From the NCBI GenBank assembly GCA_963846575.1, contig CAWJWJ010000001.1, forward strand, positions 1,120,001 through 1,184,000: a stretch of DNA of 64,000 nt. The letters are read 5' to 3'. This stretch comes from an uncultured Nitrospiraceae bacterium. GTDB taxonomy: Bacteria; Nitrospirota; Nitrospiria; Nitrospirales; Nitrospiraceae. Positions 1-8,389 of the stretch are shown in pieces. The notes beneath the pieces were generated by a model. It saw nothing but the letters and a program-made list of their open reading frames with translations. It did not search any database and was not told the DNA's origin. Both the position numbers and the translations under genes were made by a program. Within the stretch, counting starts at the first letter, position 1; each line of letters starts with the position of its first letter.

Positions 1-55
1 GCTCTGCCTGTCGCAAGCCTGACACAGGCCTGTGAGGGGCTGCGTGCATTGGACC

Positions 56-1444
56 TCAGTAATTGAAGCGAAAGGAGAGGGAACCGACGTGAATCAGGGT
101 ATCGTATCGACCGTTCACGGTCGGGTTCTGATTGCCGGCGACGGTGCGCACTTCGTAGATTCCGGCTTGATAGGACAGGTCGATCGCGAAGAGTTTCGGT
201 TTGAGCGGTCCGACCCCTAAGTCCGCGCAGCGCAGGACTCCTAGCAAAAACCCGTTCGCATGGCAGGCCAGGCCTACTCCAATGGAGGGAACGTGCACGT
301 TGGATGACGGCACCCCAGGGTTGAAGGTACGGTCCGGTATTTGCGCCTGCTGATTCATGTAGCCTCCGCGCAACGCGACCTCCCACTCGGGCATGGCATC
401 CAGGTGGAGCCATTTGTATTCGGTGCCGACCATGAGGGTATAGGTACTCTGCCAATTTTGAGGGAGGGGGATCACGGCCCCGTTCGTCAGCTGGACATCC
501 AGGTTCCGGTTGGATTTCCATCCGGTGTAGTCCAGATCGAGCTCCAGTTTCCATTCACGCTCGCCTGTCCGGACCGGCCAGACTGCAAAACCGCCCGAGA
601 AGATTTGCGGCAACACAAACGTGGCCCTGGTTCCGGCGACCGATGCTCCATTGGCCAGCAGATTGCCGGTGAGATGGAGTGTGGCCTGACTGCGATAGAC
701 CAGGCCGACGTTCACCACCGGTTGCCCGTCACTGTTCCGGAAGGGTGTGTACAGGAGACTGACATTGAACCCTGCCGTGGTATCGCTCCCGTTGAGTTCC
801 ATCAGCGAGCCGGCAGGGATGCCCAGTCCACCGGGCCAGATGGATTTCTGCTCGAGGTGACCCTCTCCGAACAGGCCTGAGAATGTATAAATATCCGCGC
901 CGAGGCCCACCGACAGCTGATCGTTCAGTTTGTAGGCAATGGTGGGTTTGATATCGAGTAATGGCATGGTCGTGAAGGTGAGGGCGGTCCGGAAGGGCCC
1001 GTCGTTCGGATACCGCGTCAGGGACCCGAAGGGATTGTTGAGGCCGATACCCGCGGTCAGATCTCCCAGAGCTGAGAAGCCGAGATCTTTCAGGTTGGCG
1101 ACGAGGTAGAGGTGGCCCGGAGGGGGCCAGGCCACGCTGCCATTGCGATCGCCCGTGACTTGCGCGCCGGTCGGACCGGTAAATCGGGTCGTGCCGCCGA
1201 TCAACGAGGTGCCGAACAGGTTCTGAAATCCATGGAGTTGCGTCATGCCCGCCGGATTGTAATGGAGGGCCGAGGGGTCGTCGGCTTGAGCCGTGAAGGC
1301 ATTGCCCATGGCGGCGGCGGCAGCCCCCTGCCCCTGCAGGCGAGGCGTTTGGCCCCGGGCGTTCGTCGCCATCGTGCAGAGGGCCGCTGCGGCCAGAATC
1401 AGCACCAGACCGCGGGTTCGTTGGCGGCGAGAAAAGACCTGCAT
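56..1444 (-). CDS. FadL/TodX/OmpP1-family outer membrane channel for hydrophobic compounds
   Basis: Signal peptide, N-terminal hatch motif AMGNAFTAQADDPSALHYNPAGM, amphipathic beta strands, C-terminal SFRFNY. Confidence 0.9.
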   Translation of the reverse strand: MQVFSRRQRTRGLVLILAAAALCTMATNARGQTPRLQGQGAAAAAMGNAFTAQADDPSALHYNPAGMTQLHGFQNLFGTSLIGGTTRFTGPTGAQVTGDRNGSVAWPPPGHLYLVANLKDLGFSALGDLTAGIGLNNPFGSLTRYPNDGPFRTALTFTTMPLLDIKPTIAYKLNDQLSVGLGADIYTFSGLFGEGHLEQKSIWPGGLGIPAGSLMELNGSDTTAGFNVSLLYTPFRNSDGQPVVNVGLVYRSQATLHLTGNLLANGASVAGTRATFVLPQIFSGGFAVWPVRTGEREWKLELDLDYTGWKSNRNLDVQLTNGAVIPLPQNWQSTYTLMVGTEYKWLHLDAMPEWEVALRGGYMNQQAQIPDRTFNPGVPSSNVHVPSIGVGLACHANGFLLGVLRCADLGVGPLKPKLFAIDLSYQAGIYEVRTVAGNQNPTVNGRYDTLIHVGSLSFRFNY

Positions 1445-1447
1445 GCG

Positions 1448-4171
1448 TTAACGTCCCGGCGGCGATTCATCGGTTGCCGAATCGTGGCGGCCCTGCGTAA
1501 ACCAACGAGCGACGACGTCTCGCAATCGGACCGAGTCGAACGGCTTGAGCAGGTAGCCTTGTGCGCCGGCCTCCACCGCGGCCATCGCTCGATCCAATGC
1601 CTCCACCGCGGTCATCATGATCACCGGCAGCGTGGCCTGAGTGGTACGGAGCTGACGCAGCACCTCAAAACCATCCAGCTCGGGCAGTGCGATATCGAGC
1701 AGGATTCCATCGACCGGTGAGTCCGCCAGCAGGCGGAGCGCCGTGCGTCCATCGCCAGCCATACGGACTTCGAAGCCGTCCGATTCCAGCCGATCCCGCA
1801 GGAGATCGCGGATGTCTGAGTCGTCATCGACTACCAGGATCCGGGGGCGACCGGTCTGCGACGGTGCGGCGGCGATGGCGTCTCCCGGGTGAAGGGGAAG
1901 CGTAAATGAAAAGGTCGTGCCTTCCTGCAGCGTGCTTTCAACCGCGATGCTGCCTCCGTGCAACTCGACCAGATCCTTGACGATGGCCAGCCCCAGCCCC
2001 AGTCCCTTCGTATGGCTCCGCTCGTGCTGTTGGACGCGGAAAAAAGGATCGAACAGTTTTGGCAGGGCTTCGGGGGGAATGCCTTGACCGGTGTCGCGAA
2101 CGGCGACGTGCGCCATCTCACCGGAACTCGACAAGTCCACTGAGATATGTCCCTCGTCCGAGGTGTACTTGATCGCATTATCGATCAGGTTGGTCACAAT
2201 CTGGCTGAGCCGGTCGTGGTCCGCCCACACCCGCAGCGATGGATCCTGGCCGTTGAGGTCGACCCGCAGGTGTTTGACCGTGGCGAGGGGCCGCAGCTGT
2301 TCAATCACGTCGCTGACGAGGTCGGACAGAAAGACGGAATCGAAGGAGAGCACCATCTTCCCCGCCTCGACCCGCGACAGGTCGAGCAGATCGGTGATCA
2401 TGCGTGCCAGCCTGGTGCTGTTGGCTTTGATGCGGGTGAGATACTGCTCCTGTTTCATGTTGAGCGACCCGACGAGTCCCTCGATCATATTGTCCGCGAA
2501 CCCCACGATACTTGTGAGCGGAGTGCGCAACTCGTGTGAGACATGGGCCAGAAACTGGGATTTGAGGCGGTCCATTTGTTTCAGCCGGGCGTTAGCCGCT
2601 TCCAACTCCGCCGTGCGTTCCTGAACCCGGGCCTCCAGGCCGGCATTCAAGGCGGCAATCTCCCGGTAGGCATGTGCATTATCCAAGGCGATGGCGACCT
2701 GGCTGGCGAGCGTCACCAACACGTCAAGATCGTCTTGCGTGAGCGCCTGGTCGTGCGTGCGATCCACCGAGAGGGACCCGATGACGGCGTCTTGTGTTTT
2801 GAGGGGCACGGTGATGAAGGATTTGACTTGGGCCATGGACACCAGTTTTTGATTGAAGGGATGCAGGCGGTCCCACACCTCGCGAATGTTATTGGTCAGC
2901 ACCGGCTCGCCGCGCAACAGGACCCTCCCTTCGACACTGTCCGGGACGGTCACCGGCACCTCTTGAGTCCGGACTAATTCGGCCACCTCCTTCGGCACCC
3001 CACGGACGCGAAAGTCATGCGATACCTGCCGCACGCGATCGAACTGGGCGATCATGGCCCGATCGTAGTGCAGGTCCCGGACGATGGTATCCAGGACGTT
3101 GGTGAGCAGTTCTTCGCGATCGAAGGTGGAGCTGAACAAAAGTCCCGCGCGATGCAGCGTCGTCAGGTCGTTCACTTTCCGGCGCAGAGTGACGGCCGTG
3201 CTTTGCTGCTCGAGATAGGCCTCTCGCAACTCCTCATGCCGGGCGTCGACGGCTTGCTCCTGATCCTTAATAAGGCGTTGCAGAGGTTTTGCGGCCTGAC
3301 GGATGTACGCGGTGATCATCCACCACAGGAGCGACGCCGGCACGGCCGCGAGGCCGAGGGCCTCCAGCGCCGGCATGTCCGGCTGTCTGAGATGCAGATA
3401 GGTATAGGTGCCACCCGCCACGACTACCCACAGGGTGAGCGGTACCGAAGTGCGGAGCTGCGGCGTCCAGGTGAATTCCCACTCGCAGTACGGATCGCCC
3501 AATGCCGTGCAGGCCAGGTCCCTGACCGTGGCCGCCGGTGTGCCGTGCAGCTGGGTTTGCAGTCGGGCAATGCTGCTCTTACAAGACACGCAGATGACAT
3601 CGACGCATCGTTTGCGGTAGGGGCCGAACTGGACGAGGGCCCGGTCGGTAAAGGTCATTCGTAGGACCGCCGAGCGTCTGGTGACGCGGCCAACCTCGAA
3701 TTCCAACACGCCTCGTACATATTTGCTGCCGAAATGCGGCCACATTCTGTAGAGCTGTTGAGTCGAAAACGGCCGGGTCAGAATCTGAATGAGGGGCGGG
3801 ACCTTTTTTTCAGTTCCCACATGGACGTGAAACTCCGGATCGCCGGACAGCTGTTCGCAGAACTCTCGCAGGTAGCAGACGAACTCGTACGCATAGCTGT
3901 TCCAGGGATTCCTCAGGAAATCGGGCGTGACGTGATAGGTCTTGTCGGGCAGCCGGGCGTTCAACAACTGACAGAGGCGGTCCATGGCCTGCCGCGCGGC
4001 TTCGACGCCTGCGGTGCGGGTGAGGTAATCGCACATGTATTCGACGTTCGACTGGACGACGACCCCCGTGATGTCCGCGATTTTTTCCCCGCGATCGTCG
4101 AGGCCGAAGGGGCGGAATTCCATGAAGGGCCGCTCGAGGATGCTGTGCTCTTTGGACAAGAGTTCAGTCAT
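1448..4171 (-). CDS. Hybrid histidine kinase: V4R-like sensor, 2 hydrophobic segments, GAF, HisKA, HATPase, REC
   Basis: H-box VSHELRTPL, N-box NLIDNAIKY, G-boxes DTGQGI and GLGLGL, receiver ILVVDDD..LLDIALP..KPF; N-terminal CTALGDPYCEWEFTW resembles V4R. Confidence 0.9.
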   Translation of the reverse strand: MTELLSKEHSILERPFMEFRPFGLDDRGEKIADITGVVVQSNVEYMCDYLTRTAGVEAARQAMDRLCQLLNARLPDKTYHVTPDFLRNPWNSYAYEFVCYLREFCEQLSGDPEFHVHVGTEKKVPPLIQILTRPFSTQQLYRMWPHFGSKYVRGVLEFEVGRVTRRSAVLRMTFTDRALVQFGPYRKRCVDVICVSCKSSIARLQTQLHGTPAATVRDLACTALGDPYCEWEFTWTPQLRTSVPLTLWVVVAGGTYTYLHLRQPDMPALEALGLAAVPASLLWWMITAYIRQAAKPLQRLIKDQEQAVDARHEELREAYLEQQSTAVTLRRKVNDLTTLHRAGLLFSSTFDREELLTNVLDTIVRDLHYDRAMIAQFDRVRQVSHDFRVRGVPKEVAELVRTQEVPVTVPDSVEGRVLLRGEPVLTNNIREVWDRLHPFNQKLVSMAQVKSFITVPLKTQDAVIGSLSVDRTHDQALTQDDLDVLVTLASQVAIALDNAHAYREIAALNAGLEARVQERTAELEAANARLKQMDRLKSQFLAHVSHELRTPLTSIVGFADNMIEGLVGSLNMKQEQYLTRIKANSTRLARMITDLLDLSRVEAGKMVLSFDSVFLSDLVSDVIEQLRPLATVKHLRVDLNGQDPSLRVWADHDRLSQIVTNLIDNAIKYTSDEGHISVDLSSSGEMAHVAVRDTGQGIPPEALPKLFDPFFRVQQHERSHTKGLGLGLAIVKDLVELHGGSIAVESTLQEGTTFSFTLPLHPGDAIAAAPSQTGRPRILVVDDDSDIRDLLRDRLESDGFEVRMAGDGRTALRLLADSPVDGILLDIALPELDGFEVLRQLRTTQATLPVIMMTAVEALDRAMAAVEAGAQGYLLKPFDSVRLRDVVARWFTQGRHDSATDESPPGR

Positions 4172-4303
4172 ATGGAATCAACGTCTACGGACGGCTACCG
4201 GGCCTGGCGGGGACGGGCCTGCCGCGCGCGGTTCTTGTCATCCGATTGCACCCGCCGAACGGTGTGCGCTGGGCCGCCGGGTGCTATGCCTGCCGGGGTC
4301 GCG

Positions 4304-6037
4304 TTAATCAAGGTCGTGGCATGCAGGAGCATTACGCAGGACCAGGCGGTCCAAGTCACAAGTCTTCAGATATTCGATGATGGCCCATCGGTCCGCCACC
4401 GGCAATTCACAGCCCAGGGTGCCGTTCACCCTTGCGGCGGCCCCGCAAACCGAGCCTTGGAACTCGTGTCCCTGGTTGCTGTTGCCGGGTAGCTGGGTTT
4501 TGAATTCGAAGCCCGCCAGCGGATCGCGGTACGTCTGAGGCCCTGCACAGTCCGCTACGACAAATCCGACCTTCACCGGGTCAAACTCCATATTCGGGCT
4601 CAAATAGAAACAGCCCGGCCGCTCCTTGGCCGGGGAGAGCAGGGCGTACAGAGTGGGAACCGAGCCATTATGAAGAAACGGCGCGGTGGCCCATACGGCC
4701 AGATGCGGGCGGGCGATGTATCGTGGCTCGTTGCTCCACTTGTTCGTGCGATGATGGTAGTCGGGGTCGTTCTCGACACCGTTCACGGTCATCAATTCCG
4801 TGGTGACCCATTCAGAGGCATCTTTGGCCGACATCCGGCCTCGTCCGAGGCGTGTGAGATCGACCATGCGGTTGGAGAAATTCTCCAGATACAAATTATC
4901 CGTTCCCACTTCCCCCTGAGGAATCATCGTCACGTGGAGACTGGGGCCATCTGGATGAGCCTGTTCGATCGGTTTGGCAACATGGCAGTGGGCACAGAGG
5001 TTGGGAATTCCCTTGGTTTTGTTTCCGTGGTACAGGTCTCTGCCCCTGGCAGCCATGTCACGGTCGATGCGCGGGAAGGTGCCTGGCCATCTGGGCGGAT
5101 GCAGCCGTCTCGCAAGATTCTCCAGGGTCTTCAGCGCAGCGACATCGACCGAGGATCGAAACCTGTCGCTGTTGTCCTGAGGCATGTCCCGCGAGGTTCC
5201 CGTCCAGGCGAAGAGGCCGGCATTGACGCCGATGACCTGGGCGATATTCCTGGCGAGCGGATGTTGGATCGAGCCAGCCCACTGCACCCAGTCATATTCC
5301 CATACGCCCCACAGCGGCGGAATGCTCACCGGCGCGTTGGCGGGCCTGAGATTGTCCGGATTGAGGGGAGCGAAGACGGCATTGCCGCCGCGACCGAGCG
5401 CATCGAATCGTCCGGGGCCCCAGAGTGCCGGGGACGCATCCTTTCCTCCTCGAGTGACCAATTCTCCCACGACCTTGCCGACCTGTTTGGTTAGTCCGTC
5501 GATGTTGTCCTTGGTCGGTTCCTGCCCGCGGATTCTGAGTACCTGAGTCGCGAAGGCCATGAACTTACCGGGTGATTTCAATTCGCCCAGACTTTCCAAC
5601 AGGAGTTGCAGGAAGCGTTGGTTGTATTGCAGCGAGGAACCGCCCTCGATACGGATCTGGTTGCCTCGGTAGGTGAATTGCGTGGTGTGGCAAAAGGCAC
5701 AGGTCAGACCGACCTGCGGCTCTGACACGTTCGGACCTTCGGTTTTCGAAAATCCAATCGGAAGTCTGTCCGGATGGGCCGGGTCAGCCAGGATGCCGGT
5801 GCGGGCGAAACTATTCTTGAGCGGCTCAGTCTCCAGCGCGAGGAACCAATCATAGGGGATCAGTTGCGTACCCGCCGATGTGTGGTACCACTGCGTTCGG
5901 TCTTCCTCCGTCCAGCCTTGGATGACGGACTGGCTCTGTTGCCGGGACACCGGCAGCTCGACCGCCTGGCAATGTACGGTCGATAGCCCGCAGAGCAGTC
6001 CGACACAGGCAAGAACGCGTTGGAAGGTAGAGCGCAT
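4304..6037 (-). CDS. Secreted di-heme cytochrome c peroxidase superfamily protein (RoxA/fatty-acid dioxygenase-like)
   Basis: Signal peptide; two CxxCH (CAFCH, CAHCH); MauG/RoxA-type WATAPFLHNGSVPTL; GPGRFDA and PGNSNQGHEF motifs. Confidence 0.8.
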   Translation of the reverse strand: MRSTFQRVLACVGLLCGLSTVHCQAVELPVSRQQSQSVIQGWTEEDRTQWYHTSAGTQLIPYDWFLALETEPLKNSFARTGILADPAHPDRLPIGFSKTEGPNVSEPQVGLTCAFCHTTQFTYRGNQIRIEGGSSLQYNQRFLQLLLESLGELKSPGKFMAFATQVLRIRGQEPTKDNIDGLTKQVGKVVGELVTRGGKDASPALWGPGRFDALGRGGNAVFAPLNPDNLRPANAPVSIPPLWGVWEYDWVQWAGSIQHPLARNIAQVIGVNAGLFAWTGTSRDMPQDNSDRFRSSVDVAALKTLENLARRLHPPRWPGTFPRIDRDMAARGRDLYHGNKTKGIPNLCAHCHVAKPIEQAHPDGPSLHVTMIPQGEVGTDNLYLENFSNRMVDLTRLGRGRMSAKDASEWVTTELMTVNGVENDPDYHHRTNKWSNEPRYIARPHLAVWATAPFLHNGSVPTLYALLSPAKERPGCFYLSPNMEFDPVKVGFVVADCAGPQTYRDPLAGFEFKTQLPGNSNQGHEFQGSVCGAAARVNGTLGCELPVADRWAIIEYLKTCDLDRLVLRNAPACHDLD

Positions 6038-6401
6038 GGTTCATCTCCTCAGGGTTGGCGAGACAATCCGGGCCTTCAAAGCAGGTCGCTCTGCCGGCCG
6101 GCCATGCAGGGTGCGCAGGAGGTTCATCTCCGTCTTCCCGACGGGAATGAGTTGGAGCGGAGGAAGGAGCAGTGATCCACCACTCACCTGGGGAAGCGGC
6201 CTACCTGCCATCTGCGAGGCGAAGGGTACCTGGATCGGCATGCGAATGCCATCGTTTTTTGAATGCACAGGAGCCCGGGCAAAAGGAACTTCTTCAAAAT
6301 GCCTGCAGAAGTCGGATGATTGCAGCAGCTCGAAGCGGCGGAGACGGAAGGCGGATCTGCGGAAAGAATGAACGGATTGCGCGACGAAGGATGACGGCCG
6401 G

Positions 6402-6917
6402 CTATTGGTGCAGATGTTTCATTGCGGCAGCGCAAAGGATGATAAAAAATCCCATCCACAAGGCCGCGCGCTGAAAGGGGATCGATTCGTAATGTTCGCC
6501 TTCTTCTTCCTCGTCCTGATCGGCTTTGAAAATGACGGTGTAGAGGAACAATGTCAGCAGGCCCAGGACCAGGATGAGCTTAATGGCGAAGATCCACAGA
6601 TACTTGGGATGATGCTGCACCGCCTGACCGGTTTGGGACACGAAGATCTGATTGACGTAATGCAGGTTGATGCCGCCGGTGAACAACAGCACCACCAGCA
6701 GCAGTCCAGCGACTCGCTTGTAGTGCTTGTAGAAAGCATCAGTGATCGGGCGGATGTATTCCTTCGGCAAGGCGCTCTCCCGCAGGCCTGGCGTGACCGC
6801 GAGCACGAGAAAGGCCAGCCCGCCGATCCAGATGACGGCCGACAGGAGGTGGAACCAATGATTGACGATCGGAATCAGCTGATTCAGATCAAGGAAGATG
6901 CTTTGTACGGAGTCCAT
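6402..6917 (-). CDS. CopD-like 4-TM membrane protein
   Basis: HWFHLLSAVIWIGG motif, four hydrophobic segments. Confidence 0.6.
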   Translation of the reverse strand: MDSVQSIFLDLNQLIPIVNHWFHLLSAVIWIGGLAFLVLAVTPGLRESALPKEYIRPITDAFYKHYKRVAGLLLVVLLFTGGINLHYVNQIFVSQTGQAVQHHPKYLWIFAIKLILVLGLLTLFLYTVIFKADQDEEEEGEHYESIPFQRAALWMGFFIILCAAAMKHLHQ

Positions 6918-6988
6918 TATGGTTTGGTCAGGGGCGGACGGCGAACGCAGCTAGCGGCGACCGTAGGCAGTGTGTCTCGCCCGGTTTC

Positions 6989-8389
6989 CTAGTCCTTCCC
7001 TCGCATGTCGAAATTGAAGACCGGGGCATCGTTGCCGAAGCGCTTTTTCCTGAGTTCTTCCATCAGCTCCACGGTCACGAGCGCGATTCCGTTCTCACGG
7101 GCATGACGTTCCACACCCTTCTTGACCATGGCGCGGAGAAAATAGGGAATCCGGCTGAGCCGGAGCGCGGAGGGTTCGTCCCAGGCGATATCGGTTTCTT
7201 CCGGCGTGTTGAAAGCGACTTTGATTTTTTCCCCGCCCTTGGGAGTGTACAGGCACCATTGGTCTTCATCCAGCCAATCGCCATGATCGACATAGGGACG
7301 AGCCCGGCAACCGCCGCAAATGTCGGTGTATTCGCAATCTCCGCATTTCCCTTTGAGCTGGGGATAGCGGAAGGAGTTGAATACATCGGACCGTTCCCAG
7401 AGATCGGCGAAACTCGTCTCGCGAACATTGCCGGCCGACAACGGCATGTAAGGGCAAGGCGTCAGTTCTCCATTAGGAGTGACCCGCGCGTAGTTCGTAC
7501 CGGCCAGACAGCCGCCGCCCATATAACCCGTGGCTTTGGTGAGCGGCGAGTTGGGATCCTTTTCGTAGGCCAGGCGCTTGAAATGCGGCGCGCAGCGAGC
7601 CCGCACCAGCATGTCCTTGTATTGATCCTGACAATCCACGAGGTAACCCAAAACTTCCTCGTATTGCTGGGGCGTGATATCGGTCAGTTCCTCGCCCCGG
7701 CCGGTGCAGACCATGAAGAAGACGTTCAGGACCCGAGCGCCCAGCTTGTGGGCCCATTCCACCACGGCCGGCAGCTCCTGATAATTCATGGGCTGGGCGC
7801 TGAAGTGGACCTGGAATTGGAGGCCATTGCGCTTGCAGGCTTCAATGCCCGCCAAGGCGCTCTCGAACGCGCCCGCTACGCCGCGAAAGTGGTCGTGTTT
7901 CTGAGGATCGAGCGAATCGATGCTGATCCCCACGCCCATGACGCCGATTTCCACCAGCGTCTTGGCCATGCGGTCGTTGATCAGCATTCCGTTGGTGCCG
8001 AAGACCACGATAAAACCAAGCTTCACCGCGTGCCGGGCAATATCCAGAATGTCGGGACGCACGAGGGGCTCACCGCCGGTGATCACCAGCAGGCAGCCCT
8101 TGTTGACTTCCGCAATCTGGTCGATCAGACGGTAGCATTCTTCCGTGTCGAGTTCGTCCGACCCTCCGCCGGCTTTGGTCGTGGCATCGAGATAACAATG
8201 GTCGCACTTGAGATTGCAGCGCTTGGTGAGGTTCAACGCCACCAGGTAGGGCTTGAAGTCATCGACGGTCCGGCCATCGTTGGGTCCTACCGTCCGGCTG
8301 CCAGGGGTAAAGAATTGCGAGATCTGTTGCTGGAGGGATTCCAGCTTCTCCCCGATAGGGAAATTAATGACCGGAAGTGATTTTCCCAT
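6989..8389 (-). CDS. Radical SAM/SPASM protein (AhbD/NirJ-like) with C-terminal PCP_red-like domain
   Basis: CNLKCDHC, TGGEP, GCLAG, TPCPY, CGDC..CGGCRAR; tail WDEPSALRLSRIPYFLRAMVKKGVE. Confidence 0.8.
   Translation of the reverse strand: MGKSLPVINFPIGEKLESLQQQISQFFTPGSRTVGPNDGRTVDDFKPYLVALNLTKRCNLKCDHCYLDATTKAGGGSDELDTEECYRLIDQIAEVNKGCLLVITGGEPLVRPDILDIARHAVKLGFIVVFGTNGMLINDRMAKTLVEIGVMGVGISIDSLDPQKHDHFRGVAGAFESALAGIEACKRNGLQFQVHFSAQPMNYQELPAVVEWAHKLGARVLNVFFMVCTGRGEELTDITPQQYEEVLGYLVDCQDQYKDMLVRARCAPHFKRLAYEKDPNSPLTKATGYMGGGCLAGTNYARVTPNGELTPCPYMPLSAGNVRETSFADLWERSDVFNSFRYPQLKGKCGDCEYTDICGGCRARPYVDHGDWLDEDQWCLYTPKGGEKIKVAFNTPEETDIAWDEPSALRLSRIPYFLRAMVKKGVERHARENGIALVTVELMEELRKKRFGNDAPVFNFDMRGKD

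Noticed and set aside
6203..6220. ACCTGCCATCTGCGAGGC as a second lux box upstream of the di-heme gene
   Set aside because: Only 18 bp (N10 spacing) and not palindromic; only the left half fits
6237..6251. Sigma54 -24/-12 promoter TGGCATTCGCATGC on the minus strand
   Set aside because: GG-to-GC spacing is 9 nt rather than the required 10
7103..8380. Long antisense ORFs (425 aa here; also 14630-15829, 41901-42935, 43186-44223, 60446-61495)
   Set aside because: Shadow frames of well-supported genes in GC-rich DNA, with no recognisable motifs
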